A DNA stretch of 56,364 bases, counting the filler, from Jimgerdemannia flammicorona (Eukaryota): assembly GCA_003990765.1 (NCBI GenBank). It is 2 parts of 2 records of this genome, joined end to end, with 100 filler letters (N's around TTAATTAATTAA, not from the genome) between each part and the next. Parts side by side here need not be neighbours in the genome. Positions count along the whole stretch, not along the records: positions 28,237 to 56,364 come from RBNJ01000583.1; 1 more part is not named here. One strand, 5' to 3'. How positions within the stretch are numbered: the stretch's first letter is position 1; the number at the start of each line of letters is the position of its first letter. Both the position numbers and the translations under genes were made by a program. The notes beneath the pieces were generated by a model. It saw only the letters and a program-made list of their open reading frames with translations, was not told where the DNA came from and did not search any database. Positions 50,201-56,364 of this stretch are shown here, one piece after another.

Positions 50201-52960
50201 GGCCCATCCTCATTTCCCCCAAACCTCCCCCCTCCAAGCAGCCCCTAGTGATCAGACAATGGACACCAAACTACTTCCAGTGCTGACCAGACATCTGCTC
50301 CCCAACACTCTGCTGTCAAAACCCAGTCAATCCTAGAGCCCAGCCCTGCCACCCAGTGGGTGTACACCTGCCTATTGGCCCAAAAATGTCTTCCTGAGTC
50401 CACTAAAGAACTCAACCTCTCTGTCTCCAACCAGTCACCCAACCCACCACTTTCACCCTGCATGCCTCTCCCTCCATCTGTTATATCCATCTTCTTATCC
50501 CATACTATATTGAAATTACCCCCCATATAGTCCAGCCCAACTTCTCCCAATACACCAGCCTCTTTCAATCTGCGAATCCAATCCACCCTCTCCCCTCTCT
50601 CAGCTGGGCAGTAGCAAGACCCAACCATCAATGAGCCCCATCCAGGCCTCTTCCACACTTCCCACACCACTCAAGAACCCCAATGTCCAATGTCCTCAAT
50701 GTCTCCCATCCCTTTCCAAATGAGAATACACACTCTCCCCTGCCATACTGCTGCACCCCCCTATTCCTTAGTCCAATCCTGTAAGTCCACATCTGCCTCA
50801 TAACGAACATCCTGTAACAAGAAGAGGTCCGCATCCAGTCTCTTAAGCCATCCAAATATATACTTCCTTTTAGCCACCCCCTGTAACCCATTAATATTCA
50901 ATGAGAATATCCTAGTCATACTGTTCATATTGAATAAATGTTGCAATAGAGACCCCATCCTAGAATTCCATGCTCATCTCATCCCCAGCCAGATCCAAGT
51001 GCCATTCAGCTTCCAAGTCACCCTCCACATTAGCCTGAGCATCCAGTGCCTCCAAGATTTCCTGACATTCCACCCCATCCACTATCTCCATATCTGCCTG
51101 ATAATCCAAGCAGACTGTGCACCACTTCTCTAGTCCCTTCCTTGAGTTCCACAAGAATAGTGCCCTGTTGCTTGCAATCCTCCTAAGTTCCTCCTTCCTC
51201 TGATCATTGACTTGATATTTAACTGACTCCAGGAGAACAGCCAGAATCTTGTTTCTCATCTTCCTCAGCACCTCCTCCCCCCATAGGATCTCCTCCCAAT
51301 GCCTTTCTTCCATCACCCTGAAATTCTCACCCTCCAGCTCCTCAGCTGCTACCCCTTCCAGGGTCTTCCACATCCACTTCTCCTCATCCACTACCTCCAC
51401 TGCACTCTTAGCAATTTGTCCCCTATCCACCTCAGGGTCCACCAGTGTGCTCCTCCGCACTGACTCATCCCACTCCTCATCTGGCACATCTAGCAGCTCC
51501 TCCTCCCCCTCAGCTCCACCTGGGACACTATACTGGGGGTGCACACCTTCACTCATATCTACATCCGCCTCCATATTGCCTACCCTCTCCTCCTCCACTC
51601 CCAGCTGAGCCCTGCTCTGGGTCCTTTCACCCCCCTCAGCCCAGGTGCTCTCCTGCAATCCTGCACCCCTTTCCCCTGAACTTCCACTGGCCCTACCCCC
51701 ACCCAACCTTGCCAGCAGCTCCTTCTGGATTTTCCTCCCCTGCAACTTCTCCCAGGCCCCCTTCTCCATTCGGACCCTCTTCCTATCCACCTCCCCCACC
51801 ACTATCCTGGCCTCAAACTCCTTCCATGCCAATCTCCTCCTTGTGACTGCTCCTTCTAGATCCTCCAGAGCCACCAACATGTCTTTCTCCTCCTCCTGGG
51901 TCCCCTTCACCCTCGTGATCTTATACTCCACCGGTCCCCACCTCAGCATCACTGGCCAGTCCCTTTACTTCCCTGAACTCTCCCTCCCAGCCAGCCTCAC
52001 CCTGACATCTACATCACTAGTCCAAAGCTCCGTACCCTCCCAGACCTTAAACCCAACATCCACAATCTCTCCATACTCTCTGATCGCCTCCACAACTAAC
52101 TCCCTGGTCCTCTCCTTCGACACTATAGGGAGATCCAGCACTGTCAACTGCACCACTCAAGGGTCCCAGCGTATGCACCTGGCCATAGGGATGACAACTC
52201 CACCAACCATCACCCCCTTCTCCAAGGCCACCAGCAAGGTGTCTTCCTCCTCAAACCCCACCTCGACTCCTTCCTTCCCCTTCAGAAACTTCACCAATGT
52301 AGCTCCCTTTACTTCCTGTGCCACCAGCCCCAAAAGCATCCTTGCTGTCACTGCCAAGCCCCAGAAACACATCATAACAGTGAATTCTGACCTTGACTTC
52401 TTGAGTAACAGGGCCGACACCATGCCCATAACCCCATCTGTCAGGTCCCTGGGCCTCGTGCTCACTCTATGTCCTGAATTATCAACCACTGTCACATCTG
52501 GATTTTTTGCCAGATCCCCAGTCACAGCCCCATCACCAGTCACATCTCCAGCCCCTACTCTGGCTTCTCCCCCACCCTCAGCAACTCCCCTGGGTGCACC
52601 TCCCAGTCCCCTAGCAGCAGCTGTCGATGCTTTTCTCAGGCCCAGCCAACCATCTAGACCTGAGGCCATCTTCCCCATTCTGACCTTGTCAGCAAAGGTC
52701 AACCTCTCTCCTCCTCTCTGCCTCAGACTGCCCCTCCCTCCACCGCCAGGACCACGGCTAGCCATTGTGGCCCCCGGCATCCCCAAACCATCTCCCCTCC
52801 TTCCCACCTGCTGCCAGCCAAAGGCACCATCACTCCCCTGGCCAGTACGCTCACCAGTTCGATCATTGCTGTCCATATCAATAGTCATCAGACACCAAAA
52901 ATATAGTAAAAAGTGTTGTCTGAGTCTTGTGTCACCCAAATATTACCAGTGAAAGATGAT
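47172..52960 (-). mobile_element. LINE-C: full-length L1/Tx1-clade element inside Gypsy-3 integrase
   Basis: TSD GATCAGCACACTC(TTT) at 47156-47171 / 52961-52976; poly(A) tail; ORF1 about 52876-50960; ORF2 from about 50928 (SLNINGL, SDH, QGDPLSP, AFADDM); 5' UTR homologous to LINE-A. Confidence 0.96.
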
Positions 52961-52976
52961 GATCAGCACACTCTTT

Positions 52977-53795
52977 ATACACATTACAATAGATATAATT
53001 GGTCCCCTACTCTTGACTTTGAATAATAACTAATATATCATTGTCATCATAGACCTTTTTATAAAATAGATAGAGACAGGACCCCTCAAAGAAGCCAATG
53101 TACAGTCAATCACTGATTTCTTCCACAAAGAAATTATTTGCTGATTCAGGACCCCAATACAAGTAATAACAGACAGAGGAACAGAATTTATAAACCAGTT
53201 CTTTGAGGTTCTCTATAAGAAGTATAAGATCTGGCATATTCAGACTATAGCTTATCACCTTTAGGGAAATAGATAAGCAGAAGAACCAACAAGACTCTCA
53301 AAAATATCATCATCAAGATCTGCAATAACTATGAAAACTGAGACTACTATCTGCTAATAACATTATCTGCTCTTTAAGATAGCTAATTATAAAGTATCTA
53401 TTTACCTCTCAGAAGATACTGTTTAGAGAAGAACATTTTTAAGAAATCTTATTTTTCAATAGAGATACTATATGGAAATACATGGACTCAGAGATACAGA
53501 GACTATACCAAATTAGAAAGAAGGCTGAAGATTATATAACTAAGGTGTAGACACTATAATAAAATAATGTGAAAAAGATTTACAAGTCTCTGGAGACTAT
53601 CAAGATAAGAGACAAAGTTCTGATATATTAGAAAATAGTAGAAGCTTTATGGTTATAGAAGCTGGAACTTAAGTGAAAAAGACCTTACCTTGTATAAGAT
53701 ATAAAAGGAATCATCTTTTGGCTACAAAAACCTTTAGGCACAATTATCCTCACTACTATTTACTGAAACTAACTCAAGAAATATCATAATTAGCT
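52977..53795 (+). pseudogene. Gypsy-3 integrase core and C-terminus
   Basis: IDIIGPL, IICxFRTPIQVITDRGTEF, AYHL*GN, KLELK*KRPY (GPY). Confidence 0.88.
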
Positions 53796-53804
53796 AGCAA
53801 AGTA

Positions 53805-54248
53805 ATGCCATTGCCTCAAGATTACTAGTACTACATGAGTCATAAAAAGACAGTGGTATTCTACTAAGCCACTAATTATAGACAAATTCTTCAATAGTAT
53901 CCAGAGTATAGGACAGATATACCTATTATGAATCTCATATTCAGAGTCTATCAGAACTGTACCAAGTTCCAGGAATACTTCAAGTTGGGATAGCTACTAA
54001 ACTCAAAGCTGAAAATAGAAAAAGAAGATTAGATCAAAGAATGTCAGCTCTCTTATACTCAGATTACTATCAATAAAAGAGTATATAGGTTATTTAAAGA
54101 AGATGAAACAGCTTGAGCTCATTTCTGAGAAGTAGCTCTAGGAGACTTTGGATATACCAAAAGACAATATTGGGAGAATGTAATGGCACAAATTGTACAG
54201 TATAAGGAGATTCAATTGATCAAGACTTGGGAGTTTGAATAGGAATGA
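53805..54248 (+). pseudogene. Gypsy-3 accessory ORF3 (about 147 codons, unknown function)
   Basis: ATG just after the integrase stop; single frame, transition-type stops only; homologous to 39727-40155. Confidence 0.7.
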
Positions 54249-54269
54249 ATCATCTATTCAGAAGAAAGT

Positions 54270-54776
54270 TATAATAGTTGATCTGAATTAGAAATATGAA
54301 TTAGAGAAATAGATATTTGATTATAGTACCTGAATCCAATTCCCAAATATAGTATAGCTTTATAAATAGCAGCCATATTTTGCAAGTATAGAAAAACTTT
54401 AGCAAATATTAAAGATTCTACAGATACTGAAATCCTTGCAATTGCTAAAGATTCTGCAGATACTGAAATTCTTGTAATTATTAAAGATTCTGTAGATATG
54501 TACTAAAAAATGTAATACTTGTAAAAAGTGACTCACAACTCAGCCACCTTATAGCTAGTAAACTTATAGAAATATCCCCATATCTAGAGTAAATAAACCT
54601 CAGATCAAAATAGTTCAAAGCAAAGAGAAAGCAAGAGAACTAGTAAGTGCATGGACAGATACACTTTGAACTCACCTACTCCTATATCTCAAGAACTCTG
54701 AGGAGTCAAAGAAGATCAAGTTTTCAAGATATAGAAATCTGATATACTTATCTAGTTATGCATCTGCTATGTTATA
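54270..54776 (+). repeat. Gypsy-3 3' LTR
   Basis: Direct repeat of 42255-42793, one 36-bp unit shorter. Confidence 0.9.
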
Positions 54777-54844
54777 ATATCTGCTATATTATAACTTTAT
54801 ATCTATTGGCTAGTAATTCAAGATAAATTCCCCAATTTTAAGCT

Positions 54845-56160
54845 TATTGAAATTTCTATTATTTTGATATCTTAATAGTATGACTTATATATATATAACT
54901 ATATTATCTTTGAGTTATATTACTTAATGTATAAATATGTACTATCTGAAATAATAAATAATACTCTGCTCTACTTTCTCCTCTACTCTCTACTCTACTA
55001 AGTTATAATAAATATTATAAGCTCTACTTAGTAGCTAATAAGAAATATCTCTCTAAAACTCTATACTAAGATATTAGTACAGATGAACTAAGGAACTAGT
55101 ATAAATATGTTGAACACAATAGACACAGATAGATATAATGATCATAGTTTCTATAGTAAATATAAATATAGCCAAGAGGTTGATTCCTATCTTTAATAGT
55201 AAATATTATATTATTTGGATATTCTATATGAGCAATCTTCTAGTATAGTACAGCTTAGCAGAGTATACAAAACTGCAGATATAGATTTAAGATTATGATA
55301 CTGTAAATAATAACCAAGTATTATAAGAGATTATCTTCATATTATCTAACTAGAAAATAAAGCTTATAATGTATACTATAATAGCCTATAATATATAAAA
55401 AACTCTATATAATCATCATATATAAGTATTTTTATTAAATTAATACTATCTAAAATTTTAGCTATTTTATCTATAAATAAAACCTAAGGAGAATATCTAT
55501 GAATATATTAATCATACTAATGATCTGGTAAATTAGGTAAATTTTCTAAGTATATTAGTAGAGTATATCAGTAATAAAGATAAGATTCTGACCCTTATAT
55601 AAGGCCTTCTCAAAATATACAATATTGTAGTGGTAGCTATATATAAGAGTAGAGAACTATAGACTATATATGTCTATATATTAATATGCTCATTAATAAA
55701 GGGATATATTAAGAAAATAGTAGTAATGATAATAATGAGAAATTATTCTATAAGTTATATAGATAAGGCAAGTAGTATCAATAAGGCCAAAAATATAAAA
55801 AAATTAATTGAAACTATCATTACTTTAATAAGTATAGATATATATAAAATGATTGCTATTATAAAGATAAAGAGAATAATGAAAATATATAAGTAAAGAA
55901 GTCAGTATTGGTAATATGAGAGCAGCAGAAAGAAATATAATAACAAAGGATAATATAATACAAATACTACTAAAACTGATAATAATAGTGATATATTTTT
56001 TATATAAGCAATATCTATATACATCTACCAATAAGAATACAGTCATTGAGAGCACTAATACTACTAATAATAATGATGTTTGGCTTATAGATTTAGGTAC
56101 CACAGCTCACTAAGAATGGTTTTTAATATATGAGCTATTCAAATATCTTATACCTATTAT
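54845..56160 (+). mobile_element. Ty1/Copia remnant E: 5' LTR 54845-55010, gag, protease start
   Basis: LTR closely matches 31858-32020; Copia protease signature VWLIDLGTTAH (WxxDSGAxxH) at about 56078-56110. Confidence 0.82.
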
Positions 56161-56364
56161 GACGGTACAGCCAGATTTGGAAGAAGGAAATAGGGAATAG
56201 ACACTTGATCACACCCATTCCCAAAGTAGTATAGCATTATAGTTAGCAGTCCTCGATTTCGACATTGTCTAATTTCTTAGACATTGTCTAAATTTTAGAC
56301 ATTATCCAAATCAGATACCCCGATTTAGTATAGCATTTAGACATTGTCCAAATGTTTCGACAAA
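56161..56364. repeat. Start of a younger unclassified insertion with GACATTGTC(T/C)AA repeats
   Basis: Abrupt end of Copia homology, CpG returns, four copies of the near-palindrome at 56261-56352. Confidence 0.45.

Larger units (their letters stand above)
42255..54776 (+). mobile_element. Gypsy-3: full-length degenerate Ty3/Gypsy, gag-PR-dUTPase-RT-RH-IN-ORF3
   Basis: LTRs 42255-42793 and 54270-54776, PBS TGGTGCCCA at about 42797, purine tract before the 3' LTR, 4-bp TSD ATAT. Confidence 0.93.

Overview
Eukaryotic, fungus-like genomic DNA. About 3.7 kb of unique, CpG-containing sequence holds one clear two-exon gene for a small signal-peptide/single-pass membrane protein (748-1219, minus). 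From about 3790 to the end is a nested transposon graveyard: three Ty3/Gypsy elements (two carrying dUTPase at different positions, two carrying a homologous extra ORF after integrase), five Ty1/Copia remnants, three L1/Tx1-clade LINEs (two full length with TSDs), two copies of a 1.17-kb poly(A)-tailed non-autonomous retroelement, hAT remnants and palindromic MITEs. Repeats are strongly degraded by C>T/G>A transitions at CpG and CpA (RIP-like). A synthetic N-TTAATTAATTAA-N linker at 28137-28236 means the two halves may not be adjacent. All alignments and counts were made by eye; most track ORFs are TE fragments or antisense shadows.
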